A stretch of 64,000 nucleotides of DNA from Eledone cirrhosa. Its lineage: Eukaryota. The stretch is from assembly GCA_964016885.1 (NCBI GenBank), contig OZ024765.1, forward strand, positions 13,950,001-14,014,000, given 5' to 3'. This document shows, piece by piece, positions 1 through 11,730 of the stretch (the first letter of the stretch is position 1; every line of letters starts with the position of its first letter). The notes under the pieces were generated by a model. The model was not told the origin of the DNA, did no database searches, and was given only the letters and a program-made list of their open reading frames with translations. The position numbers were made by a program, and so were the translations under genes.

Positions 1-14
1 ATTTGATATTAAGT

Positions 15-1492
15 GGGATAATTATGTAAGATAAAGCCTTTACTGTGAAAATACAATAGTATATATAGAGTAATGTAAATGTTAAGTGGGATAATTATGT
101 GAGGTAAAGCCTTTACTGTGAAAATACAATAGTATATATAGAGTAATGTAAATGTTATGAGATATTATGTGAGGTAAAGCCTTTACTGTGAAAATACAAT
201 AGTATATATAGAGTAATGTAAATGTTATGTGAGATATTATGTGAGGTAAAGCCTTTACTGTGAAAATACAATAGTATATATAGAGTAATGTAAATGTTAT
301 GTGAGATATTATGTAAGATAAAGCCTTTACTGTGAAAATACAATAGTATATATAGAGTAATGTAAATGTTATGCGAGATATTATGTGAGGTAAAGCCTTT
401 ACTGTGAAAATACAATAGTATATATAGAGTAATGTAAATGTTATGTGAGATATTATGTAAGATAAAGCCTTTACTGTGAAAATACAATAGTATATATAGA
501 GTAATGTAAATGTTATGTGAGATATTATGTGAGGTAAAGCCTTTACTGTGAAAATACAATAGTATATATAGAGTAATGTAAATGTTATGTGAGGTAAAGC
601 CTTTACTGTGAAAATACAATAGTATATATAGAGTAATGTAAATGTTACGTGAGGTAAAGCCTTTACTGTGAAAATACAATAGTATATATAGAGTAATGTA
701 AATGTTATGTGAGGTAAAGCCTTTACTGTGAAAATACAATAGTATATATAGAGTAATGTAAATGTTATGTGAGGTAAAGCCTTTACTGTGAAAATACAAT
801 AGTATATATAGAGTAATGTAAATGTTATGTGAGGTAAAGCCTTTACTGTGAAAATACAATAGTATATATAGAGTAATGTAAATGTTATGTGAGGTAAAGC
901 CTTTACTGTGGAAATACAATAGTATATATAGAGTAATGTAAATGTTATGTGAGGTAAAGCCTTTACTGTGAAAATACAATAGTATATATAGAGTAATGTA
1001 AATGTTATGTGAGGTAAAGCCTTTACTGTGAAAATACAATAGTATATATAGAGTAATGTAAATGTTATGTGAGGTAAAGCCTTTACTGTGAAAATACAAT
1101 AGTATATATAGAGTAATGTAAATGTTATGTGAGGTAAAGCCTTTACTGTGGAAATACAATAGTATATATAGAGTAATGTAAATGTTATGTGAGGTAAAGC
1201 CTTTACTGTGAAAATACAATAGTATATATAGAGTAATGTAAATGTTATGTGAGGTAAAGCCTTTACTGTGAAAATACAATAGTATATATAGAGTAATGTA
1301 AATGTTATGTGAGGTAAAGCCTTTACTGTGAAAATACAATAGTATATATAGAGTAATGTATATGTTATGTGAGGTAAAGCCTTTACTGTGAAAATACAAT
1401 AGTATATATAGAGTAATGTAAATGTTATGTGAGGTAAAGCCTTTACTGTGAAAATACAATAGTATATATAGAGTAATATAAATGGTAAAGGG
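15..1492. repeat. Minisatellite (about 7 x 72-bp then about 16 x 60-bp units) ending in a MITE terminus
   Basis: Unit gaggtaaagcctttactgtgaaaatacaatagtatatatagagtaatgtaaatgttatgt. The array ends taaaggg-TTAA. A single-copy version lies at 62003-62082. Confidence 0.95.
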
Positions 1493-1642
1493 TTAAATCA
1501 AAATAATAAGAGATAGACAAAAAGATATTAATAAATATTTTAAATTTGTTGGAAATTTTTTATTTTTTCAAAAGGCTGCACAGAATGGCATAGCAGGCTG
1601 CAGCTTCTCCATCTCTGGGGTGGGGTAAGGTAATAGTGATAG

Positions 1643-1673
<31 letters not shown>

Positions 1674-1836
1674 AAAAAATTATTTTTAAAGATAACACTG
1701 AAGACAATTTGCTTTATTATGTTTTTATCAACAAAAAAAAAATAAATACCAACTCAATACAAAATGATTATTTACATAAGTGTGTGCACCAGCATGGCCA
1801 TAGCTTGATGATTAAAACCTGTACAAGAATATATAT

Positions 1837-2135
1837 GGAGGCACATGGCTTAGTGGTTAGAGCATTGGCCTTGCAATCGAAAGGTAGTGAGTTCAATTCT
1901 CAGACCAGGTGATGTGTTGTTTCCTTGAGCAAGACACTTTATTTTACATTGCTCCAGTTTACTCAGCTGTAGAAATGAGATGCAAAGTAGTCGTGGAGGT
2001 GCCACGGAAAAAAAGCACCCAGCACTCACTGTAAATGAGGTTGGTGTTAAGAAGGGCATCCAGGTGTAGAAATCAAGCCAGAATCAGTTCCCGTCCCACC
2101 CTTGCAAGCAGGGAAAAGCGAACGTAAAATGATGA
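1837..2135 (+). mobile_element. tRNA-derived SINE (family also at 2870-3207 minus and 33063-33410 plus)
   Basis: Pol III A box tggcttagtgg, B box gagttcaattct, ccttgagcaagacactt core, (GAT)n tail. Confidence 0.8.
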
Positions 2136-2317
2136 TGTTAAGATTCAAGACCCCGACGGCTAAGCTCCAGATGTTTCGACAGCTAGATCCAAACAGCATT
2201 GAGTACTCTGGTGGATTATGGTCCACCTGGTATTTTAACACACCCTATCTGATAGCGTGGAAAATGGACGTTAAATGAAGATGATGATGATGATGATTAT
2301 ATATATATATATATATA

Positions 2318-2856
2318 CTTGGCATGGCAATAAAGTCTTTACAATAGTAGGCTGTGTGCCGTATATAGCAGTAAATGTAGTTAATATTAGTTGGAATTTG
2401 AACTTTGTTGTACGCCTGTGATATTCTGTATAAATGTTGTATTTTGTCACAGGCCTTTACATAATTATATTGGTGTCATCCTTGTGAGTTTATAACACAC
2501 ACATCGAACTGTTCAATCCAGAAAAGATTTTTTCTGGGGTAGAAGAATGGCAATGATCAAACAATCACCCTACAGTCCCGACTTAAATTTGTGCAATTGT
2601 TGGGTGTTCAAGTTATTAAAGCAACATCTTTGAAAATTTATTTTCATTTCATTAGAAGAGATGGTAGATGAATCATTGTGTTGGTTTCAACAATTGCTGA
2701 AGGAATGGTTCCAGAAAGAGTTAAATACTTTACATAAACACTGTAAAGATGTTATTACATTCAATGGAGATTATGCAGAATATATAAATTTTCGTTTCAA
2801 AATGTTGTCCATTTTCATTTAAAGGGTTATTCTAAAGACTTTATTGTCACGCCAAG
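2318..2856 (+). mobile_element. Mariner-like internally deleted DNA transposon
   Basis: 23-bp imperfect TIRs cttggcatggcaataaagtcttt / aaagactttattgtcacgccaag flanked by TA. Internal caatcaccctacagtcccgactta encodes the mariner (P)YSPDL motif. Confidence 0.75.
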
Positions 2857-2869
2857 TATATATATATAT

Positions 2870-3207
2870 ATCATCATCATCATCATTTTACGTCTGCTTT
2901 TCCCTGCTTGCAAGGGTGGGACAGGAACTGATTCTGGCCTGATTTCTACAGCTGGATGCCCTTCCTAACACCAACCTCATTTACAGTGAGTGCTGGGTGC
3001 TTTTTTGCCGTGGCACCTCCACAACCACTTTGCAGTGGAATGATATGGACCCCAGTCCTATCATCTCATTTCTACAACTGAGTAAACTGGAGCAATGTGA
3101 AATAAAGTGTCTTGCTCAAGGAAACAACACACCACCCGGTCTGAGAATTGAACTCACAACCTTTCGATTGCAAGGCCAATGCTCTAACCACTAAGCTATG
3201 TGCCTCC
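2870..3207 (-). mobile_element. tRNA-derived SINE, inverted relative to 1837-2135
   Basis: Reverse complement of the same family. Confidence 0.8.
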
Positions 3208-3877
3208 ATATATATATATATATACACACATATATATATATATATTTTATAAAAAGAAAATTTTCACTGTACATGGCTGAATACAATAAATGTAATCTGA
3301 GTTTTTCGAATATTAATAATAACATTCGATTCGTTTGCAATTATGCAAGCAAGCCTCAATTTTATAGCCATGTCAGTAGAATGAACTCTTCATTCTTGCT
3401 CTTGTGTTGGCATGTGAACAGAGCTGATATGGCTTTTAAATTGAGGCTTGTTTGCGTAATTGCAAACGAATCAAATGTTATTAATATTCGAAAAACTCAT
3501 ATTACATTTATATATATATATATTTTTATATATATATATATCTATATATACACAACTATACAACAATATATATACAACTATACAACAATATATATATAAG
3601 AATTTCAATTCATAAATTAAATATATACAAAAATATGCTATTTTTCTATTGGAAGTTCAGTTTTTTTATATACAGTCTTTACAGTGATGATTGATGGTGA
3701 TGGTGGTGGTGGTAGTAGTGTACCAGTTATGTACTGGGGTAGGTTGGTGTTTATTGCTTACACACATCATCATCATCAATGTTATCAATTTTTTTCTTCC
3801 CATTTCATTTCCATTTTTCAAGGCTTGCATATATATGTATGTATATATGAGTATATATGAGTATTTATGTATGTGTG

Positions 3878-3915
<38 letters not shown>

Positions 3916-5126
3916 TAAATATATATATATATATGCATATACATGTGTGTGTGTGTATATGCATATATATATATATATAACTATCTGAATATGCATATAT
4001 ATACATGTGTGTGTGTATGTATATGTGTGTATGAGTTTGTGTAAACAGACAACATTTAATGGCTTTGCATTTTTAGTTGCTTTTTGATGGGGTTTTAATG
4101 GGTTCGTTTTAACATGCATGTTTTTTAATGGGTTTAACATTTTTTTAAATAGCTTTAAAAATAAACAGAAAAATTAAAAAAGAAAAGAAACTGCACTTTA
4201 GATCAGAAACAAATCTTTTCATTAGCTTCACTGTTGCTGATATTATCTGCCGGTTGTAACTTCTGCTAGTGAGAGGTGGGATTTGTACTCAAAATGCTCA
4301 GAGCTGGATAAGTTACCACAAGGCACTCATTTTGTTTTTTTAAATAATTTTGTCAATCTCATTCCTGAGCTAGTATTTTATTTATCTCATCTCGGTGGGA
4401 TTTGAACAGAGAACACTCATAGCTGGATCAGATACTACAAGGCACTCCCTTCCGACTCTTAACCCTTTAGCATTTAAACCAGCCATATCCGGCTAGAATT
4501 CTCCGAACTGGTCACTCATACTGATGTTCACGTATTGTTCTCAAAATAAATAATATCAAAATTTCAGCTTAAATATGAAAGAGTTAGATTTATCCAAAAT
4601 CCTTCTGGCGTAATAATATGTAAGATCCTTTAAGTTATGTTCCAAACTCCAAGCGAGTTAGTTATATTACTAATAAATATTTTCAAAACAATTTGAAAGT
4701 CATAGGCAGTATCTTTCATTAAAAATATCATAACAGTTTCTGATTTAAACACATGGCCAACAATTTTTGGGCGGGGGAAAGTTGATTAAATCGACCCTAG
4801 TGCATTACTGGTATTTTATTTTATCGCCCCTCTGTAAGGATGAAAGGCAGAGGTAACCTTGGCTGGATTTGAACTCAGAACCTAAAAGGTTGTAACTCTA
4901 TGCAGCAAAGTATGGATGTCCGACGCTCTACCGATTCTGCCAATCCACCAATAACAACAATAATGTTTTCTGATTTAGGCACAAGGCCAGCAATTACCCC
5001 AGTGCATTACTGGTACTTCATTTTATCAACCCTGTAAGGATGAAAGGCAAAGCTAACCTCAGCAGGATTTGAACTCAGAATGTAAAGGGTGCCACAAGTC
5101 CTTGAAAAATGCCACAAAAAAAAGAG

Positions 5127-8100
5127 TTAAGACGTGAATGAGCTTTTCAACTTTGGTACTGGCATATAACCTAGTTTACTTCCTGTTGTCTTGGACCCTT
5201 TACCAAATTGGGAATATTGAAATTTCTTTAATGAGCTCTTGGCAGTGCTGGCTATTGCTTTGAATGCTGTACTTCGTTTGACGGGAGATGAGGTTTTTTT
5301 TCTTACTTTTCTTGCTCCCCCTTTCTTCTTCCTGCCGGTACGCCTTCTCCTATATGTCCGATTCTTGCTAATTGATTTCACCGAGAAAGTGTTTGACGAG
5401 CTGGTACTGAAATACGGAGACTCCCACTCGCTTGTCATGTCCTCTGACATCCCGACCGAAGGACTCGTGCTGCCGAGATTCGAATAAAGCATGCAGTATT
5501 TGTTGGTGATGTCGAGGAAACGTTCGGCGTTGTACTTGGCGATCTTCTGCTTCGTGAGACCGTCGATCTTCTCTTGCATCTCGTCGACGGTCAGCGGCAC
5601 TTCAGTTGCCATGGAGAGCAACATTGGGTTGGGAAACACTGATGCGTAGTTATGTATGTGTCTTTCTTGAGCAATCTGCTTGGCCAAGTCCAGTAACTCT
5701 TGGTAGCAATCATCCAACAGTTTCTTTTTATCTGTAACAACCTCTGAGTCAACATTAGCAACAGAGGCTTTCTTTCCACTGTGTACAGGTAGGTTCACTT
5801 TCAATTTATTCAACATCACGTCGTTCGATTTTACTCCGAGCTTCACATAGCACACCGTGTGATCCATAGCTGTGATGGTCAACTCCTCTTGAAGGATTGA
5901 ATCAATGACCAACTTACGTAGCAACCTGGTAGCATCCTGCGACACATAACTATTGCCTCTACCATGTAAGGGATGTTTGTCATGACCAGAGGATATGATA
6001 CTTTTGATGCGAGAGCCGCGAAACACCTCCGTCAGGTGGATAAGAGTGCAGTTGAATCTTGACTCATGGCATACCTCTTTCACAAAGCGTACAATCACTT
6101 TCACATCTTCAGTGACATCGCGAACATGGAAGGCTGCCTTTGACGAACAGTTGTCACAAACAGCTCCAGGAAATTCATTGCATGTGTCTGAATTAAAGTT
6201 GTATTCACCAAAATACTGCAGCAATTGACTTCTGCGGCAGTCAGCTCTATTCTCGCAATATTTCACCATCTGATAAAGGTTGTCCAGGTGAACCGCCTTT
6301 GACTCGAATGTGCAGTTCTTCTCAATGCCGATCATTCGACGCAACCGTTTTACGTCCTGGTAGTTGTAGTAGAGTATACAGGACGCGAGGAGTCCATCTC
6401 TTCCTGCTCGTCCGGACTCCTGGTAATATCCTTCGACAGACTTTGGCATTGAGAAATGAATGACAAAACGCACGTCGGGTTTGTCTATCCCCATTCCGAA
6501 CGCAATGGTGGCACAAATAACCTTCCAAATGTCGTTCAACCACCCTTCCTGAGTCTGAGATCTCTGGTTGTCAGATAACCCCGCATGATACGAGATCGCT
6601 TTTATTCCTTTTTTGCTCAAATTTTTAGCTGTTTCATCACACTCTTTCCGAGACAAGCAGTATACAATACCACACTGATTTCTAAATTTAGATTTAATCA
6701 ATTCTGCAATGTCATCAATCGTTGATTTGGGTTTTTTTCCGGCGAGACTGAACTTCAAGTTTGGTCGATTGAAACTTTTCACAAACCATTTTGGATCCTT
6801 CATATGAAGTTGGTGTATAATGTCTTTCCGTACACGTAAGGTAGCAGTAGCTGTGAGTGCCATCATAGGAACATCTGGGAATTTGTCTCGGAGCATATAC
6901 AGGAGTTTGTAATCCGGTCGAAAATCATGGCCCCACTGACTGACACAGTGTGCTTCATCGACGACAAATCGATTGAGTAAACCGCGACTGTTCAGGTTTT
7001 CGAACAACGTGGTCAGCTTATTACTGCTGGAAATTTTCTCTGGTGTGACATAGATGAGTTTCAAGCCAGGTTCTTTCATGGACAGCTGCATGTACACAGT
7101 ATTGGAATCTTTCAAGCTGACGTCACCGGCCAGTGATGCAGCTGGGATGTCTAATGACAGAAGCCTCTCCACTTGATCTTGTATGAGGGCTCGGAGGGGT
7201 GATATGATAATACTAACTCCCTTAGTGACTAGTGCCGGCAACTGGTAACACAAACTCTTACCGCCTCCTGTTGGCATTAAAATGAAACAGTCATGGTTGA
7301 GTAACGATGCATTTATGGCTTGTAGTTGGCAACCTCGGAAAGTTTTTAATCCGAAGACTTGTCGAAACATCGTCAACATGTCATCGCTGTGTGGGAAATG
7401 AAAACCGTCGAACTCTGATGTCTTTCTATCATTTTCATCGTCCGATAGGCTCTTCATAGGCTCATTTTGGGAAAGGTTCAATTTAAAAACAGGACTTTCG
7501 GGGGGACTCTTTCTTAAAAGATCACTGAGTTTTTGGTGCTCCCTGTTGAAAACTGGAGATAGTTGTCCTGCTGCTAGGCCAGGCTCAGCCATTCTGTCAT
7601 CATAATAGTTTGATGGTTCATCTAAATCAGAATATTTATCGTCAAAACTGGACCGATTCTGAAATGAATTTCGGACACCGCTAGCTGAAACAGAACGACT
7701 GCCCTTGTTAGGGTTGCTCTCAGAGGTACTGTTAGAAGGTTTATCACCAAATTGATAATTCACTCCTTCATCAATTGAGGCAATAAGATCATCTGCATCG
7801 ACATCTGAGAACTCGTCAACACTGTTGTCATTGTTGTTGTTGTTGTTGCTGCTATTGTTATCATTATTAATACGGTCATAAGATTCGTTGAATTTCGACG
7901 CAAAAGATAAACGGGATGATGAATTCGTCGCATTTTTCTCGAGTGAATGTGAATACGACATTGGTGTAGACGGGACAGATTTCTCATCGTAGAAACTGTC
8001 CCCTGCTGGAATATTAAAATTGTGTGTTAATGTTGGTGAAGGTTTTGGAGTAGCACTCGGTGGAGGCTGACTTACTTTGGAACTCAACACAGGTTTGGCA

Positions 8101-9419
8101 AGAGGCGTTTTTTTCGTAAGGAGATTCGGTTTGGTCGTTGCTGTCTCTTTATTAGTCGGCCTATCTAGAACATTCTTATTTTTCTTCGGAGATGGCGCCT
8201 TGGTTGGTTTCGTCTTGTCTTTGAGTAGTTTTCGATTGAAGAGTAACTGTTGCAAACGTTCATAATGAGAGAAAGCTACATTGATAAGATCATTACAAGG
8301 AATCTTGCTGATGATATCACACACTTCGTCCATGGTCATGAAGAGAAGAATTCGGAGTTGGTTGATATCTTCTTTGGAGAGCGACTCCTTCTGCAATAAG
8401 GGATTGCTCTTGATATCATTCAGTTCGTTTTTCATCTTTGAGGACAAAGTGGAAGGAGAGGCCCCGGGTGTGGGGCCGTTAGCAGCGGTGGACCGGGGGG
8501 GTCGTGGTGTTTTCTTCCCGAGGCGAGAGGCCAAGGACGTTTTCACTGGCGAATCAAAACACGATATCGTTACGTGTTCATCTTTTCCCCGTCCGTCGCG
8601 CCTGCCACCACCACCACCACCACCACCATCAACAACCGCATCATCATCATCATCACTTGATATAACACAACCCTTCCGTCTCTTTTTAGGGTTGCGAACA
8701 GCTTCGGGACCATCCTCATCGTCACTGTCGGGTATTGTAAGAATGCTAGATCTTTTTGTCTTAGAGGTGCTTTGCGATTCTTTCTTTTGAGAAGAATATT
8801 TTAAAAGGATTGAAGAATTTGGTTTTGCCGGGGGTGAAGTGATGGAAGATGGTGGTTTTGAAGTGGAATTTGCCGAAACCGAGGATCCATGAAGTGGTAA
8901 CTTCTTTCTAGAAGTTACAGGCGACACTGCAAAGCTGTCATCAAAATCATCGTCGTCATCATCATTATTGAGTTGACCGGCGGCGGACGGTAGCAGACTC
9001 GATGACAGAGATGTGTGGCCACCCTGTGAGGAAGAGACGGGTGGCCGAGTGACACATGGGCTTACAATGCCGACGGCCGGTTTCGGTTTAGACAATGGTA
9101 AGTTCGACAAAAAACTACTCACCGTTCTTTGACTAAGCTTCGATCCTTTTGATAACGACGAAGACGAAGTAAAAGACGAAGAAGAAGAATCGATTTTTGG
9201 AGTAATGGTAGGTCCGGTAAGAGGTATGTTCAAGGAAGATGTCTTACTCAACGTCGTGTTCGATCTATCGATAACAATGTTGTTATTGGTGGCGGGGAAT
9301 GATGATGTTGCTGACGAAATTATTGGTAATCGGGATGGTGTAGATGGAGACTTCGACACACTGGTGGTCCGCTTAAATTTAAACCCACCTACATAATCGT
9401 ATTTAGACTTTTCTTCCAT
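5127..9419 (-). CDS. BLM: Bloom syndrome RecQ helicase, single uninterrupted 1430-aa ORF
   Basis: RecQ motifs in order: FRGCQLQAINASL, MPTGGGKSLCYQLP, VDEAHCVSQWGHDFRPDY, ALTATAT, ICATIAFGMGIDKPDVRFVIH, YYQESGRAGRDG. Then RQC zinc ligands (YCENRADCRR...CDNC), an HRDC-like helical region and a basic NLS (RRRRTGRKKKGG). The long Ser/Pro/Asp-rich N-terminus has a BDHCT-like segment (LLFMTMDEVCDIISKIP). No WRN exonuclease domain. Confidence 0.93.
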   Translation of the reverse strand: MEEKSKYDYVGGFKFKRTTSVSKSPSTPSRLPIISSATSSFPATNNNIVIDRSNTTLSKTSSLNIPLTGPTITPKIDSSSSSFTSSSSLSKGSKLSQRTVSSFLSNLPLSKPKPAVGIVSPCVTRPPVSSSQGGHTSLSSSLLPSAAGQLNNDDDDDDFDDSFAVSPVTSRKKLPLHGSSVSANSTSKPPSSITSPPAKPNSSILLKYSSQKKESQSTSKTKRSSILTIPDSDDEDGPEAVRNPKKRRKGCVISSDDDDDAVVDGGGGGGGGRRDGRGKDEHVTISCFDSPVKTSLASRLGKKTPRPPRSTAANGPTPGASPSTLSSKMKNELNDIKSNPLLQKESLSKEDINQLRILLFMTMDEVCDIISKIPCNDLINVAFSHYERLQQLLFNRKLLKDKTKPTKAPSPKKNKNVLDRPTNKETATTKPNLLTKKTPLAKPVLSSKVSQPPPSATPKPSPTLTHNFNIPAGDSFYDEKSVPSTPMSYSHSLEKNATNSSSRLSFASKFNESYDRINNDNNSSNNNNNNDNSVDEFSDVDADDLIASIDEGVNYQFGDKPSNSTSESNPNKGSRSVSASGVRNSFQNRSSFDDKYSDLDEPSNYYDDRMAEPGLAAGQLSPVFNREHQKLSDLLRKSPPESPVFKLNLSQNEPMKSLSDDENDRKTSEFDGFHFPHSDDMLTMFRQVFGLKTFRGCQLQAINASLLNHDCFILMPTGGGKSLCYQLPALVTKGVSIIISPLRALIQDQVERLLSLDIPAASLAGDVSLKDSNTVYMQLSMKEPGLKLIYVTPEKISSSNKLTTLFENLNSRGLLNRFVVDEAHCVSQWGHDFRPDYKLLYMLRDKFPDVPMMALTATATLRVRKDIIHQLHMKDPKWFVKSFNRPNLKFSLAGKKPKSTIDDIAELIKSKFRNQCGIVYCLSRKECDETAKNLSKKGIKAISYHAGLSDNQRSQTQEGWLNDIWKVICATIAFGMGIDKPDVRFVIHFSMPKSVEGYYQESGRAGRDGLLASCILYYNYQDVKRLRRMIGIEKNCTFESKAVHLDNLYQMVKYCENRADCRRSQLLQYFGEYNFNSDTCNEFPGAVCDNCSSKAAFHVRDVTEDVKVIVRFVKEVCHESRFNCTLIHLTEVFRGSRIKSIISSGHDKHPLHGRGNSYVSQDATRLLRKLVIDSILQEELTITAMDHTVCYVKLGVKSNDVMLNKLKVNLPVHSGKKASVANVDSEVVTDKKKLLDDCYQELLDLAKQIAQERHIHNYASVFPNPMLLSMATEVPLTVDEMQEKIDGLTKQKIAKYNAERFLDITNKYCMLYSNLGSTSPSVGMSEDMTSEWESPYFSTSSSNTFSVKSISKNRTYRRRRTGRKKKGGARKVRKKTSSPVKRSTAFKAIASTAKSSLKKFQYSQFGKGSKTTGSKLGYMPVPKLKSSFTS

Positions 9420-9450
9420 CTTTCCATTTAATAATTATCACACAACACAA

Positions 9451-9486
9451 TTCCCGCTGTGTTTGTTATCGACTTTAGCCGGAAGT
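9451..9486. promoter_or_regulatory. Putative BLM proximal promoter: E2F-like TTCCCGC and ETS-type CCGGAAGT
   Basis: TTCCCGC at 9451-9457 and CCGGAAGT at 9479-9486, 30-70 bp upstream of the BLM ATG. This combination is typical of TATA-less cell-cycle/repair promoters. Confidence 0.45.
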
Positions 9487-9943
9487 TGTTCTTTTTTATT
9501 TATTTATTCAAGGGAAATAATCCAAACAGTTTTGCAAGAATTATCTTTCCTTGATTCAATCTACTCTCGGCTCTCGAATAATCGTCACCCACCTCCTCTC
9601 GTCCGCTCTTTTTCCACCTCCACCACCCCGCTCTTATTCTAACCTTCCAAACCCCCACTTATTAATTTTTCATATCTTTTTTCACCACCCTCACCGCTCT
9701 TATTTCGCCCTCCTAACTCTCCTGCTTATTAGTTTTTCAGATTTATTCCCCACATACGCTCTTATTCCACCACCGCCACCAACTCACTCTTATTCCAACC
9801 TCCCAACCCCCACTTATTAATTTTTCAGACCCACCTCCGATAATTTCCCACCAACATCCCGTTCTTATTCCAACCGTCCACCCCCTACCACCCCACTTAT
9901 ATATATATATTTACTCACACACACATACATATATAGATAACAT

Positions 9944-10011
9944 CTCTGTCTGATGAACGATCCAGACTTATATTAATATTGTCTAGGATCCAGAAACCTT
10001 TGGTAATGGAG
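9944..10011 (+). ncRNA. Minimal type I hammerhead ribozyme motif
   Basis: ctctgt-CTGATGA-ac gatccagac...gtctaggatc ca-GAAAC ctttg GTA-atggag. Stems I and II pair. Same family as 35483. Confidence 0.6.
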
Positions 10012-11384
10012 TAGTTATATATTGTGCTGTACACTTTCTTATAAATAGCTCTTTTCTATACATAGAGAGCTCTTTTTTCCTTTACTTTTTCTTCGGAATT
10101 ACCTCACACACACACATATATATATATATATGAACGCATACATATTGATACACACACACATATCGATATATACACATACATATAAACAATGAAAATGCTA
10201 GTGATTTTTTTAAAATAACAAATCAAGCCGGGCATTACAGTGAATGATGGCGAGGCTAAGGCGCTAAAATAACCAAGTAGCTTCACAAAAATAAATGGGG
10301 AGCAATTTTATCAGAAAAACAAGATTATTTTGTAAAGAAAGAGAAAAAAAATTGACAATAAAATAAAGAAAATAAAATAAGCCTCATCTATTTATTCATA
10401 ATGTGTTGATTAGCTACTCTGGCTTAGAAACAGGGTTTCGATTTTTAGCTATTTCTCATACATAAAATAATGGGGTCGGTTTTTATTTAAGTATATACAG
10501 TAATAACTTTTCCCCATATCAGCTTTAGGTTGGATACTTCATGGCTTATAAATGGGGTTTTGATTATTATCTATTTCTCACACATAGAATAGTGGGGTCA
10601 GCTTATATCCTTATGATTCGAACACATGTATGTTTATATTAGTATTCATCTCTCTTGTTTAATTATATACAGTAATAACTTTTTTCCATCTCAGCTTTAG
10701 ATTGGCTACTTTTTCCAGTGACATCTTGAAGCTGTTGTTGAAGGCAGTTCTGTTCTCTTTTGTAAGAAATGACACACAAAAGATTTAGCCAATCACTAAA
10801 CCTTGAACATGTTCACACATGAAGGAATATTAAATACCAGTTAGTCATCATTTAAAGAAGACATAAACATTTTATTAAAATCACAAAAGATAATATATGT
10901 ATATATCAAGGCATGGTCAGCCGACCAGACACTGCCCACAACAGGACAACCCGTCTAACCCATGCTAGCATGGAAGAACGGACGTAAAACAGTGATGATG
11001 ATATGTGTATGTATGCACTTGTATGTCATCATCATCATCGTTTAATGCCAATTATCCATGCTAGTATGGGTTAGAAGAATTGTCCTGACATTGAGAGATA
11101 AATCAAATCAGGGGACCGTGTCTTGCTCATATAGAACTGTTTCTGGTGTGGTTTCTACATCTGGATGCCCTTCTTAACACCAACCACATTTGCAGTGTGG
11201 ACTGGGTGCTTTTTTATCATGGCTCCAAAATGACCAACTGACAGGGTGGACTGGGAGCTTTTTGTTGTTTCATCAGCACGACCGGTTGAAAGGTGGACTG
11301 GGAGCTTTTTTGTTGTGTAACCAGCCTGACTACTTAATGGGTGTACTAGGGTGTTTTTTTGTCATGTCTCCAACATAGCACTTT

Positions 11385-11730
11385 ACAATATGTGTGTGTA
11401 TATGTATGTGTATAGACAGAGCCCCCTAGAGAAAGTTTGCAGTACAAGTCCCCTTTGGGGCCCGAAGCAGGCAAAGATTTTTCTCAAAATTGATGTTGCA
11501 CAATATGTGTGTGTATATGTATGTGTATAGACAGAGCCCCCTAGAGAAAGTTTGCAGTACAAGTCCCCTTTGGGGCCCGAAGCAGGCAAAGATTTTTCTC
11601 AAAATTGATGTTGCACAATATGTGTGTGTATATATATGTGTATACACAGAGCCCCCTAGAGAAAGTTTGCAGTACAAGTCCCCTTTGGGGCCCGAAGCAG
11701 GCAAAGATTTTTCTCAAAATTGATGTTGCA
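11385..11730. repeat. 3 x 115-bp tandem repeat at the end of a probable hAT-like MITE
   Basis: Period 115. cagagcc...ggccctg termini (right end ~11804). Confidence 0.8.

Noticed and set aside
155-1459. 434-aa ORF
   Set aside because: Translation of a 60/72-bp minisatellite whose unit is a multiple of three and derives from a MITE.
1837-1910. tRNA gene
   Set aside because: The tRNA-like head runs into SINE body and tail and is multi-copy. No proper cloverleaf or terminator.
9580-9900. G-quadruplex-forming tract upstream of BLM as autoregulatory element
   Set aside because: Degenerate C-rich repeats with irregular G-tracts. Nothing in the sequence supports function.
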